NCBI GenBank assembly: GCA_965223265.1 | Contig: OZ244999.1 | Coordinates: 4,832,001-4,896,000 of the forward strand | Source of the DNA: Planctomycetota bacterium | GTDB lineage: Bacteria > Planctomycetota > UBA8108 > SXIK01 | DNA length: 64,000 nt | Direction of reading: 5' to 3' | Shown: one piece after another, positions 9,438 to 20,687 of the stretch | Layout: each line of letters opens with the position of its first letter | Numbering within the stretch: position 1 is the stretch's first letter | Notes under the pieces: generated by a model | Seen by the model: only the letters and a program-made list of their open reading frames with translations | Databases searched by the model: none | Told to the model about the DNA's origin: nothing | Translations under genes and position numbers: made by a program

Positions 9438-11582
9438 ATGCCCGAACAGAGCCTTCATCGAACGATCTTTGCGCCGCGAGACGACGCGCGCGAGAGACGA
9501 ACTTCATGGTCGAAGAACTCATGGACGACTCGGTGCGCAGCTCTCTTGACACTCACGGTGGCGATTGGCTGCAGCGAGGACACGGAGAGGATCACGAACG
9601 TCACCGTCGAGTCGGATGCATCGCTTGGCGCTGGCCTGGAGATGACCATCCATTCGGTCGAGATCAGTAGCAACCCTGGTGTCGTCGTCGAGTTCAGCCT
9701 TGCGAGCGACGAGGGTCCGCTCTCCCTGTCCGATCTCGATTCCAACCCGCGCTTCGTTTTGGCCTACATCGACGTCGATCCCGTCTCGGGTCTGTCGCGT
9801 TACCAAGCTTATACGGTCGCCGATGTCGCAGGGGAAGAGTTCGTCTTCGAAGGCGAGGTCCGACAACCAGCTCTCGAGGAAGCCCCGCAGGTCGTGTCGG
9901 ACTCAGGAGGGGTGTTCGAAGAGCTCGGCGACGGCAACTTGCGCTACACCTTCGGTACGGAGTTGCCGAACGATTTCGATCGCAGCGCCACGCACACACT
10001 GGCTGCTTGGGTTTCGCGGCAGAATCGACAACTGGTGTCAAATCCAGTTTTCTCGTTTGTCCCCGGCGGTGGGCCCGTGACACTGACGCGTGAGATCGCG
10101 CCCACGGCGGCGTGCAATTCATGCCACGATCCGCTGGCGATCCATGGTGGCACCCGACGCGCGATGGGACTTTGCGTGGTCTGTCATACCGACCAGACCG
10201 TTGACCCCGAAACAGGTGAGAATCTGGAACTTTCGCAGCTGGTCCACAAGATTCATCGCGGCGGGCAGCTTGCCGTCAAACCGTACTTCGTCGTCGGTTT
10301 TCGTCAGAGCGTCCACGATTACTCGGATCTCGGCTACCCACAAGACAGCCGCAACTGCACAACTTGCCATCAAGAAGACGGGGCCGACGCCGATCACTGG
10401 CGGCTGCACCCCTCACGTGCAGCGTGTGGATCGTGCCATGATGAGATCGACTTCGAGACGGGCGAGAACCATCTCGGCATCCAACAATTCGACGACATCT
10501 TCTGCACCAACTGTCACCGCGGCGAACAGGTTGTCGAGTTTGACAACAGCGTGCCGGGAGCACACGTCGTGCCCTACTTCAGCTCAGCGAATCCAGATCT
10601 GACGCTGGCGATCACTGATGTGATGAACATGACGCCGGGGAACCAGCCAAGCGTGCGTTTCACGATCACGGACGTCTCCGGCCCTGTGGACATCGCGAGC
10701 CTCAGCAGCATCTCGATGCTGTTTGCCGGTCCGACAACAGACTACAGTCAAATCATTGGGGACCATCGCTTTTCCATCAGCGGCACGGGCTTGATGGAGA
10801 ACGCTGTCGGCGACTACACTTTCGCACCGGACGGGTATCTTCTCCCGATCGATGCCAACGGCACTTGGAGCATCGGCATGGAGGCGCGCACAAACGCAAT
10901 TGCAGTAGGCGCACCAGGCGACACTGAGGACATCCGTTTCGGCGCGAACAACCCGGTCGTCCACATCGACGTTGCCGATGGAACCCTCGGGGGTGGCTCT
11001 CCGCTGGCGCGGCGAGCGATTGTCGACGAGGCCGCCTGTCAACGCTGCCATGAGAATATTCTGGAGCACGGCAATCTTCGGACCGACCTCGAGTATTGTC
11101 TCCTGTGCCACAACCTCTGGGCGACCGACGAGAGCCGGCGCCCCGGTGTCGACGCGATCTCAAACCCACCGGAGAGTGTCGACTTCAAGCTCATGATTCA
11201 CCGCATCCACACCGGCGAGGAACTCGAGAACCCTTATGTCGTTTTCGGCTTCGGCGGGACGGAGCACTCCTACAACGACGTTCGATATCCAGGCGATCGA
11301 CGCAACTGTGAGGCCTGTCACACCGCATCGACGGAGTCCTTGCCGCTGCCGGCGACCACTGGGCCGACCGTGGTTCACATAGGCGGCGTGCCGCTCGATC
11401 TCCCGACCGCGATCCGCACGCCGGCAACGAGCGCATGCACGGGTTGCCACGACGGCGAGGCCGCGTTCACCCACGCGCGTCTCAATTCGATCGTCGTCGA
11501 CGAGACAGACGCTTCGGAGAGCTGTAGCGTCTGCCATGGGAGTGGGCGATCTGAAGCGGTCGACGATGTGCATGCCCGATGA
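9438..11582 (+). CDS. OmcA/MtrC-family decaheme cytochrome c lipoprotein
   Basis: VAIGC lipobox; 2x5 heme layout (CNSCH..HGG.R, CVVCH, HKIH, CTTCH, CGSCH, CTNCH / CQRCH, CLLCH, HRIH, CEACH, CTGCH, CSVCH) separated by beta-rich domains; start uncertain. Confidence 0.88.
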   Translation: MPEQSLHRTIFAPRDDARERRTSWSKNSWTTRCAALLTLTVAIGCSEDTERITNVTVESDASLGAGLEMTIHSVEISSNPGVVVEFSLASDEGPLSLSDLDSNPRFVLAYIDVDPVSGLSRYQAYTVADVAGEEFVFEGEVRQPALEEAPQVVSDSGGVFEELGDGNLRYTFGTELPNDFDRSATHTLAAWVSRQNRQLVSNPVFSFVPGGGPVTLTREIAPTAACNSCHDPLAIHGGTRRAMGLCVVCHTDQTVDPETGENLELSQLVHKIHRGGQLAVKPYFVVGFRQSVHDYSDLGYPQDSRNCTTCHQEDGADADHWRLHPSRAACGSCHDEIDFETGENHLGIQQFDDIFCTNCHRGEQVVEFDNSVPGAHVVPYFSSANPDLTLAITDVMNMTPGNQPSVRFTITDVSGPVDIASLSSISMLFAGPTTDYSQIIGDHRFSISGTGLMENAVGDYTFAPDGYLLPIDANGTWSIGMEARTNAIAVGAPGDTEDIRFGANNPVVHIDVADGTLGGGSPLARRAIVDEAACQRCHENILEHGNLRTDLEYCLLCHNLWATDESRRPGVDAISNPPESVDFKLMIHRIHTGEELENPYVVFGFGGTEHSYNDVRYPGDRRNCEACHTASTESLPLPATTGPTVVHIGGVPLDLPTAIRTPATSACTGCHDGEAAFTHARLNSIVVDETDASESCSVCHGSGRSEAVDDVHAR

Positions 11583-11620
11583 AACGATTTTTTTGCTAAC
11601 GCCAACGAACAGGGGAATTG

Positions 11621-11995
11621 ATGAGTGAATCGACCAGTCTCTATGCGCGTCTCGGTGGCTACGACGCCATCGCAGCCGTCACCGAAAACCTGCTGCAACG
11701 TCTCATGTCGGATCAGCTTCTCGGTCGCTTTTGGGCTCATCGTGGCGCTGACGGTCTGCGACGCGAGAAGCAGCTGCTGATCGATTTTCTCTGCGCGTCC
11801 GCAGGCGGCCCCCTCCTCTACACCGGCCGCGACATGAAGGTGTCCCACGAAGGCATGCGCATCAGCGAGGCCGATTGGTCGGCCTTCATAGGCCACGTCG
11901 AGGCCACGCTCGATCATTTCGAGGTCCCATCGACCGAGCGCGGCGAGGTACTCGCGTTCGTCGACAGCACGAAGGCCGACATCGTCGAGGTGTGA
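11621..11995 (+). CDS. Group 1 truncated hemoglobin
   Basis: SLYARLGG, FLCASAGGP..YTGRDM..SH.GM.I; RBS AGGGGA upstream. Confidence 0.9.
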   Translation: MSESTSLYARLGGYDAIAAVTENLLQRLMSDQLLGRFWAHRGADGLRREKQLLIDFLCASAGGPLLYTGRDMKVSHEGMRISEADWSAFIGHVEATLDHFEVPSTERGEVLAFVDSTKADIVEV

Positions 11996-12067
11996 GGGCA
12001 GGGCGAGCTGCGTTAGCGTTCAGCTTGTGCTCAGCACCTGACGCCAATCCGTGCGCCGAAGGTCAAG

Positions 12068-14803
12068 TCAGCGGCAAGAACTAAAGGTGCTACAAGCCAG
12101 GCCATCAGGTGTCGTGTCGAGCCCGCAGTGATCGAATGGCGCCGCCGGCACCGGGCCGGATTGAAAGAGGTAAGACAAGAGCGCGAGTGCGTCGTCAAAA
12201 TTGATCGCACCGTTGTCGTCGACGTCGACCGCTCGCGCGCAGGCAAATCCCTCCCCGGCGAAGAGCACTCGCAGGATGCGAATCGGGTCCGCGATGTTGT
12301 GGCGACCATCATCGTTCGCGTCGCCGCGCTGAAACGCACCTTCCTGACAGCGGTCAAGCGTGCCGTCGGCATCGCTGTCGAGACTGAGCGGTGACGATAA
12401 GAACCTCAGAACGGAGAGACTGCTCCCGGCCGCCACCATGACCGCGCCGGTGCCGGCTCCATCGAGCCCCAAGGAATCGACCCAAAGCGGAAAATCACCA
12501 ACGACACGAGACTTCGATTCAGTGAGAGCGCCGGTACCGTCATTGACCAGAACGACGAGCTCGCTCCCCAAGACTTGAACGTCATAGTCGAACCGCTCGG
12601 TGCTAGCCCGTGCCACGTCGATGTCACCGTCGGAATCGAAGTCACCGATAGCGATCGAACTTGCCACGAACGGATCCTCATACACAGCGCCTTCCACGAA
12701 CTCATAACCCTCGCGCTGAAACAGCACGGACGTCGCGCCGATGGTTGTATTGTCGCGAGAAAAAGAACGATCGAGAACGACGTCGTCTTTGCCGTCATGG
12801 TCGAAGTCGCCGACTCTCAGATCTCTCAAAGACCCTCCTACGGGCGAAGAGTCAACTGCCAACGCGACCTCCCGTCCATCATTGCGTAGGAACGCGAGTT
12901 TCGCCCCGCCAACGACGAGGTCGAGGAATCGATCGCCGTCGAGCTGGATCTTCTCGACGAAGAGGGGATGAAAACTGAAGTCGGCGGCGTACAGCTCTTC
13001 GAACTCCCCTTGGCCTCGATGCGTGAGAACGACGAGCGACGAATCGCGGGCGTCAGGCCTGATGACAAAGTCATCGCGGCCGTCCAGATTGAGGTCTAAC
13101 ACGTGAAGCATCCAACCAGGAAGCGTAAAAGATTGCTGCTGAGAATACTCGAATCGCCCGGTGGAAACGAACGCGATCATATCGCGAGAAGACGACTGGA
13201 CGATCAGGTCGGCACGCCCGTCGGCGTCGAGGTCTCCGGTCCGAGCAGTCGCGATCTCGACTGCCGATTCCCCATCGAAAACGCGCTCAAGCCCAGCGGC
13301 GCCGCGATTCTCGTAGACCTGAAGGCGCTGGCGATCTGGCACAACGAAAGCGTCTCTGTCGCCGTCGGCGTCGAGATCTCCAGCCATCGCCGCCACGGGC
13401 CAGTACTGCGGCGTTTCGGTGTCGAGGAAATGGGGGTAAACGTCCCGCCCGAACGCCGCCGATCTCGGACTCCCCATGAGAAACGCAACGGTTCCGGCTT
13501 TCGGGAGGGTGACGGCGAGGTCGACGAGTCCGTCCCCGTTGAGGTCGCATGCATCGAGGTCGGAAGGTACTTCAGTCGCAACGTTCAGCCTCTGGAGCAG
13601 CGTGAAACGGGCAGCGCCGTCGTTCGCCCAAATCGTCACGAAGGTATCACGAATGAGGATGGCATCTTCAGTCCCATCACCATTGACGTCCCCTAGAGCA
13701 ACCGAACTACTGTTCGATTCCATGGGAAAACGGCCCAGCATGAGCCCGGGTCGCAAATGGTCTACGTTTGTGTAGGTGCTCTCGCCAGTGCGCAGGAAGA
13801 CGAGTCCGTCACCGGTCACCACGTCGAGCCAAGAGTCGCCGTTGAGATCTGCGATTTCGACGCCATATCCGATCACGAGGTCCAGTTCACCCGCCGGTGC
13901 AAAGTCGAAGCCAACACGATTCGCGAAGACGGTGCCAAAGCCGTGCTCGATAGCAATCAAATCAGGCAGTTGATCGTTGTCCATGTCAGCAGCGGTGAGC
14001 CAACCCCCGTGCGCAGCAGCACGTTGAGGCGACAGGAATCGCCCCCCTCCAGCGCCTGGCAGGATCCACAATGCACCGCGAGCGCCGACGGCGAGATCGA
14101 CGACTGTGTCCTCGTTGAAATCAGCCGCGACCGCCGAGATCGCCCGAAACGTCAATTGAATTTCAACGACCTTCTCGAACGTGCGCGCGGCGGACTGTCG
14201 CATCAGGATCGCGCGCGTCGTGCGCACGGCCGGCTGAAAAAGGATCAGATCCTGTCGGTCATCGCCATCGAAGTCGACGGTCACAGAAAAACGGCTGACG
14301 ACGGGAATGCGTGTCGTCGAACCGAATCGGCCCTCGGAGTGCCCCCAGAAAACGACCATTCCCGAACGTGTGCTCGCGATGAGATCCGCTTCACCGTCGC
14401 CGTTGAGGTCGTCGACCGTTGAGATGTCGACTCCGTCGACGTCCACGCTCTCCGATTCGAAGGCGCGGAACCGCGGCGTGGATTCACACTCATCCGGAAA
14501 TCGATCGTCGTTGCAGTCAGCCGCCGTTCCGGCGGCGATCTCACAGGCGTCGACGCGGCCGTCGTTGTTACAATCGGCAACGGAGAGCTCACACTCGTCG
14601 AGGACGCCGTTCAGGTCGCAGTCGACGCTTGAGTCCTCTACAATCTCGCAGGCGTCAAGTATCCGGTTGTGATTGCAATCGTCCGCGACCGATGGCGCCG
14701 CCCCCATGCTGCAGTCGGCACCGAGTACGACGCCTGCCGGGCGCATCCCGATGAGGACAGGGTTTGCGATGGCAACGATCGTCAGAGTCAGTGCGACGCG
14801 CAT
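12068..14803 (-). CDS. Secreted FG-GAP/VCBS beta-propeller protein with DCNxNGxxDxCE repeats and C-terminal dockerin-like domain
   Basis: Signal peptide; four N-terminal DCxxxxxxDxCE repeats; many DxDxDGxxD repeats; FQRGDANDDG..NIADP...DVDDNG.INFDDA..LLSYLF. Confidence 0.85.
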   Translation of the reverse strand: MRVALTLTIVAIANPVLIGMRPAGVVLGADCSMGAAPSVADDCNHNRILDACEIVEDSSVDCDLNGVLDECELSVADCNNDGRVDACEIAAGTAADCNDDRFPDECESTPRFRAFESESVDVDGVDISTVDDLNGDGEADLIASTRSGMVVFWGHSEGRFGSTTRIPVVSRFSVTVDFDGDDRQDLILFQPAVRTTRAILMRQSAARTFEKVVEIQLTFRAISAVAADFNEDTVVDLAVGARGALWILPGAGGGRFLSPQRAAAHGGWLTAADMDNDQLPDLIAIEHGFGTVFANRVGFDFAPAGELDLVIGYGVEIADLNGDSWLDVVTGDGLVFLRTGESTYTNVDHLRPGLMLGRFPMESNSSSVALGDVNGDGTEDAILIRDTFVTIWANDGAARFTLLQRLNVATEVPSDLDACDLNGDGLVDLAVTLPKAGTVAFLMGSPRSAAFGRDVYPHFLDTETPQYWPVAAMAGDLDADGDRDAFVVPDRQRLQVYENRGAAGLERVFDGESAVEIATARTGDLDADGRADLIVQSSSRDMIAFVSTGRFEYSQQQSFTLPGWMLHVLDLNLDGRDDFVIRPDARDSSLVVLTHRGQGEFEELYAADFSFHPLFVEKIQLDGDRFLDLVVGGAKLAFLRNDGREVALAVDSSPVGGSLRDLRVGDFDHDGKDDVVLDRSFSRDNTTIGATSVLFQREGYEFVEGAVYEDPFVASSIAIGDFDSDGDIDVARASTERFDYDVQVLGSELVVLVNDGTGALTESKSRVVGDFPLWVDSLGLDGAGTGAVMVAAGSSLSVLRFLSSPLSLDSDADGTLDRCQEGAFQRGDANDDGRHNIADPIRILRVLFAGEGFACARAVDVDDNGAINFDDALALLSYLFQSGPVPAAPFDHCGLDTTPDGLACSTFSSCR

Positions 14804-14959
14804 GGTTGGGTTCCTCGCGTCCCAGGGGAACTACCCGGTGCCCACGGCCAAACCGGCCACAAAAGACTTCTTCTCGCGAGCTTGATGCCTCCAGGCTCTT
14901 TCCTCTACGATAAACCCGAGTCCAAACTTTTCATCCCAGTTTCTCGTGAGTACAGCACC

Positions 14960-16288
<1,329 letters not shown>

Positions 16289-16393
16289 GTGTCGGACAGA
16301 GTGGATTGTCGGCGGAGATCGTGTGCGACTCGGTCCATGGGCCGAGTCGCGTGCGATCAAAGAACGCCCCATTTCTGCTCCCGAGATGGTGAT

Positions 16394-16527
16394 CGTTCGA
16401 CCAGCTCCTCGACCGTCACCGCGCCTTCATGGCAGGCTGGAGGTCGATCCTCGTCGAGGACGGACGCCCCGTGCGCCTCGACGCCGTGCCCGCGGACTGG
16501 CAGTCGCCCGTCGAGCTGCCGAACCAA
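16394..16527. repeat. 134-bp perfect inverted copy of 18081-18214 (3' coding segment of the 18030-19166 gene)
   Basis: CGTTCGACCAGCTCC...GCTGCCGAACCAA equals the reverse complement of 18081-18214 by manual alignment. Confidence 0.92.
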
Positions 16528-16725
16528 CGGAGCTGGCAGCAACTCGCTCGAATCGAAGCCATCCAGCCGGATACGGATGATAGTTGCTTACGCCCTGCTG
16601 AAGCGGTGAAATCATTGAGCCTGGATATCGCAAAAGGGGAACACGGCAAGAAAACCTGCCGCGTTCGGCGTCAAGATCACACCGCGCAGAGCGAACAGAT
16701 CGTGAAACGTTGACGCAGTTCGTTC

Positions 16726-17862
16726 ATGACGGCTCCTTTCCTGACAATGGTTGAGCCATCATCGGAAGACATTCTACACCTCCCCATAGTCAGAGTCGCG
16801 GAAGCTCGCAGCTGGGTAACGCCCTTGGTACAATCTTCTGCGTCAAGGCGGAGGGTGACCCTCGACGTGAAGTTCTGGCGCGTCGTGCAAACGCGCACTC
16901 ATCTCGACGAGGTGTTGGCGAGCGGCAGGCATTTGACGCGCACGACGAACAGACCGTATCGCGGTTTCCCTGACTACCAACGGATGCGCTTGTTGCTACA
17001 GGAGACATTCGCCGTCTCCGGTCCTGCGGTTCTCATGACGGTCGGAGACTTGGAATACTGGCGTTGTCAATATGGCGACCCGGCAGTCGCCATGCAGACA
17101 TGCCAACTGTGGGAAAGCGACAACGCAGAACTCGTCGGATTCGCCTGGCCCGAAATTGCCCCGGATGGGTCAGCAGTCGTCGACCTATGTGTTGGTACGC
17201 CCTTCAATGACTTGTTCGGTCACATAATAGCGTGGTCCGAATCCAGCCTTCGACACCAGATGCCGTCCGGCTTGGACAAACTGGACGTTACGACAACGTG
17301 CCTCGAGCGGGACACGGATTGGGCGGCGCTCTTAGTAGACCGTGGATGGACACGCACGAACGAGTTTTTCCATTGGTACCGGGTACGGTCCCTACACACT
17401 CCTCTACCCAACTGCGTCTGCCCTGCCGGTTACAGCCTACGTGCGGTAGAGCTCGAGACCGACGTGCACCAAGTAGTCGCGGTCAACAATCGTTCGCGCG
17501 CAGGGCCTTCTCTGACCGATGCGACGTTCCGAGCGATGGTGGACTCTCCGATGTACCGGCGAGAGCTGAATCTCGTCGCGTTGGCGGCCGATTCCACTGT
17601 CGCTGCGTTCTGCACGGTGTGGTACGACGACCGCAACCGATTCGGCCTGTTCGAACCGGTTGGTTGCGAACCTCACCATCGCCGTCGCGGTGTCACGCAA
17701 GCGTTAATGACGGAAGCAATGCGACGCTTACAGCGTCTGGGCGCGACTTACGCCTTAGTGGCCAGCGCGGCGACTAACGAAGCAGCCAACCGACTGTATG
17801 ACTCGCTGGGTCTCGAACCCCGCAACCAGAAGTGGACGTGGAGGAAGACTCTCTATCGATGA
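16726..17862 (+). CDS. GNAT-family N-acetyltransferase (two-domain type); true start probably near 16933
   Basis: VGDLEY, AAFCTVWYD, FEPVGCEPHHRRRGVTQALM, NEAANRLYDSLG acetyl-CoA motifs. Confidence 0.85.
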   Translation: MTAPFLTMVEPSSEDILHLPIVRVAEARSWVTPLVQSSASRRRVTLDVKFWRVVQTRTHLDEVLASGRHLTRTTNRPYRGFPDYQRMRLLLQETFAVSGPAVLMTVGDLEYWRCQYGDPAVAMQTCQLWESDNAELVGFAWPEIAPDGSAVVDLCVGTPFNDLFGHIIAWSESSLRHQMPSGLDKLDVTTTCLERDTDWAALLVDRGWTRTNEFFHWYRVRSLHTPLPNCVCPAGYSLRAVELETDVHQVVAVNNRSRAGPSLTDATFRAMVDSPMYRRELNLVALAADSTVAAFCTVWYDDRNRFGLFEPVGCEPHHRRRGVTQALMTEAMRRLQRLGATYALVASAATNEAANRLYDSLGLEPRNQKWTWRKTLYR

Positions 17863-18029
17863 CAAGCTCGCTCACAAAATGGCTTCGGTCGGTCTTCCTT
17901 TCGCGCACAGACTCAGTCGATAGCCGAGACGAAACGGTCGGGCGCGTTTCTCAGGAATCGATTCGACCTATGGAGCCCAGATGGAACCCGCCTGACGCTA
18001 CTCTTCTCCGCGCTCCTTCTGCCCCACCG

Positions 18030-19166
18030 TCACGCCTCGCCGAAGCGCTTGCGAAACAGCTTCACGGTCGGATCACTCGCTTGGTTCGGCAGCTCGACGG
18101 GCGACTGCCAGTCCGCGGGCACGGCGTCGAGGCGCACGGGGCGTCCGTCCTCGACGAGGATCGACCTCCAGCCTGCCATGAAGGCGCGGTGACGGTCGAG
18201 GAGCTGGTCGAACGTCTGCGCCATCTCGCCGTGGCGCGCCATGCGCTGAAAGGCCCAAACCGTCGGCGCCCAAAGCTCCGTCTTGCTGTAAGGCTCCTCC
18301 GATCCGATGCGGATGTGAAAGCCTTCGCCGCGCTGGTCACCGGGGGTGAAGACCCGGAGTGTTCCGAGCGACGTCGCCGCCTGATGGAGCGTGCCGAAGA
18401 ACGGCCGCCCCGATGCATCGCGGTGCTCGAACGTCATCACGCCTGGCCCCTTGTGCCACTTCTCCGCGCGGAATGCGACCGACTCGACCGGGTTGCCGGC
18501 TTCGACGATGGCGCGGTAGATCATGTAGAGCCCATGGATGCCATGCGTTGGATAGTCGTCGAAGGAATTGGTTGCGTTGTAGCAAAGGACCTTCTTGTCG
18601 CGCACCCACGCTTTCGCGGCAGACATGGTGCTGTTGTGTTCGAACGCCGACGGCGTCAGAATCGTCGCCCCGTGCTTTTTCGCCACGGCGACCATCTCTT
18701 CAGCCTTGGCGATGGAGTTCGACAGTGGTCGATTGATCAGGTTCGGGAGCCCGGCCTCGAGGTACGGGCGGTGCAGGATGTGGTTCCAGGGATGGTTGTA
18801 ATAACCACCCGAGATCACGCCGTCGACCTTGCCGAGCATGTCGTCGAAGTTCTTCACCGCTTCACAGCCGAACGTGTTCGCGAATCCCTTCGCCTTCTCA
18901 TGATCGATCTCCCAGCAATGGGTGATGCGCATGTCCGTGAGACGGATCTCCTTCTGGTCGGGACGCGGATTGATCACGGGGCCCCAAAGCCCGGCGAGAT
19001 GCGAGTACGTCGTGACGTTCAAGCAGCCGACGCGAAAAACCTCACCGGTTTCTGAGCGTCCCGCAGCGAGGGCTCTTGAACCTGCGTGCGCGGCAGCGAG
19101 GCCGGCGCCGAGAAGCGAGGACTTCTTGAGAAACGCGCGCCGCCCGAAAAGATCTGCTGGGTTCAT
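18030..19166 (-). CDS. Tat-exported divergent Gfo/Idh/MocA-like oxidoreductase
   Basis: GRRAFLKK Tat motif; ITHCW, FDDMLGKVDGVI, RPYLEAGLPNLINRPL, YPTHGIH. Confidence 0.7.
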   Translation of the reverse strand: MNPADLFGRRAFLKKSSLLGAGLAAAHAGSRALAAGRSETGEVFRVGCLNVTTYSHLAGLWGPVINPRPDQKEIRLTDMRITHCWEIDHEKAKGFANTFGCEAVKNFDDMLGKVDGVISGGYYNHPWNHILHRPYLEAGLPNLINRPLSNSIAKAEEMVAVAKKHGATILTPSAFEHNSTMSAAKAWVRDKKVLCYNATNSFDDYPTHGIHGLYMIYRAIVEAGNPVESVAFRAEKWHKGPGVMTFEHRDASGRPFFGTLHQAATSLGTLRVFTPGDQRGEGFHIRIGSEEPYSKTELWAPTVWAFQRMARHGEMAQTFDQLLDRHRAFMAGWRSILVEDGRPVRLDAVPADWQSPVELPNQASDPTVKLFRKRFGEA

Positions 19167-19285
19167 GACGCTAGCTCTTTCTTGTATTCCGAACTTCGTT
19201 TTCTTCGCTCTCTCTTGTTCCACATGTTCCTGCGTCGGCAACCAGAGGTGCGCTCGGCTTCGACGCAAGCGTCAACGCGCGGCCC

Positions 19286-20323
19286 CTACTTCATGTGCTC
19301 ATCGATAAACGATAGCATGCGTTCGTACGCCTTCTCGACTAGCTTTGGATCGCCGCCGCCGAATCCATGCTCGCCGTTCGCAATCGTCACGAGCTCATGC
19401 TCGACGCCGTGCATCTTGAATTCCGCCGCCATGTCGACAGAGTTCTCATACGGAACGTCAGTGTCACTGGTGCCGTGAACGAGAAGCGTCGGCGGATATT
19501 CCTTGGTGACGTTTTTGACCGGCATGTATGGGAAGAACTTCTCGGCCTCGGTGCGCGGATCCCATGTCGAGACTTGCTGCGGCCAAATGCCACGCTGACG
19601 GCAGTACTGGTAGAACGCGCCGCCATTGCCTCGGCGTAGACGGGAGTCGGAAATTGGCGCACCTTTCACCTGTTTGAGCGCATCTGCCGTCGACATCTTG
19701 ATGCGATGGTGACGCGAGTGCGGACTCGGAGTGCTGTACCAATCGCCGATCAGATCGCCGTAGCCGTAAATCGACACGAGTACCGTCGGCCTCGGCTTCA
19801 CCCGATGACCCGTGACGAGGGTCAAGTAACCACCGGCGGAGGCACCGATCACCGCGATCTTCGAAGTGTCTGCATGAAATCGCGCCGCACCTTCAGCGCG
19901 CAGCCAATCGAATGCGTCTTCGACGTCGGCGATGATCTCCGGCAACTTGGTTTCAGGCGCCAGGCGGTAATCGATCGACGCGACGGCATACCCGGCACGC
20001 AGCGCCGGCTTGAGTACGCGACCGTCGATCGACTCGCGGTGGCCGACCATGAGAGCCCCGCCGTGGATCCAGACGAGAAGCGGTCGCTGCTTGGTGTCAT
20101 CCGCCCGGTGAACGTCGAGCTTGATCTCTACCTTGCCGGCCTTCTTGTACGTGAACGTCGACACCTTCACTGGCGCGTTTTTCCTTTCGTCTTCCTCACC
20201 GCGCTTGGCCGCGAATGCGGCGGAAGGCGCCAGACCTGCGCTACTCACTGCGGCGGAAGCTGCCGCCGCAGTGAGCGCCAGAAACTCGCGCCGCGGCAAC
20301 TGATCGTTTCTGTCAAGCTGCAT
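19286..20323 (-). CDS. Tat-exported alpha/beta hydrolase (HSL-like esterase)
   Basis: PRREFL Tat motif; HGGAL, DYRLAPE, GASAGG nucleophile elbow, HGTSDTDVP, EHGF. Confidence 0.9.
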   Translation of the reverse strand: MQLDRNDQLPRREFLALTAAAASAAVSSAGLAPSAAFAAKRGEEDERKNAPVKVSTFTYKKAGKVEIKLDVHRADDTKQRPLLVWIHGGALMVGHRESIDGRVLKPALRAGYAVASIDYRLAPETKLPEIIADVEDAFDWLRAEGAARFHADTSKIAVIGASAGGYLTLVTGHRVKPRPTVLVSIYGYGDLIGDWYSTPSPHSRHHRIKMSTADALKQVKGAPISDSRLRRGNGGAFYQYCRQRGIWPQQVSTWDPRTEAEKFFPYMPVKNVTKEYPPTLLVHGTSDTDVPYENSVDMAAEFKMHGVEHELVTIANGEHGFGGGDPKLVEKAYERMLSFIDEHMK

Positions 20324-20687
20324 GAGTATTCCCTTCTGCTAAGGGCTGCGTTCAAACGTGTGCTCGTAGGCGCATTCTCGACGAAGGCCTCGAACGGCAC
20401 AAGCGACTGTTCGCGCCGCGACCGCTTTCGCCGCTTCGGGAGATGCCCGAATCCAGGATCGTTCGACCGAATGGGCCGCTCGTTCGGTCCGTGGTGCGAC
20501 GGCAACACTCCCGAGTGGAGGCAATCGAGAGTCGCGACTTTCACGGGCAGCGGTGCCGCTGGGAGGACGTCGCTGAGAATCGAAAACGGTCGCCTTCAAG
20601 CCGCGTTGCGTGTTAGGCTGAGCGCACGATCGGGCCGTGATCAAGACATGCAACGGCAACGTGCTCTATAGTTAAGGAGACGATCCC

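Noticed and set aside
16394-18214. Insertion sequence or composite transposon
   Set aside because: The inverted arm is host coding sequence; no transposase or target-site duplication seen
17832-19055. 407-aa plus-strand ORF and similar long antisense ORFs (e.g. 25422-26501, 33630-34919, 37292-38233)
   Set aside because: Shadow frames of well-supported genes in high-GC DNA, with no motifs
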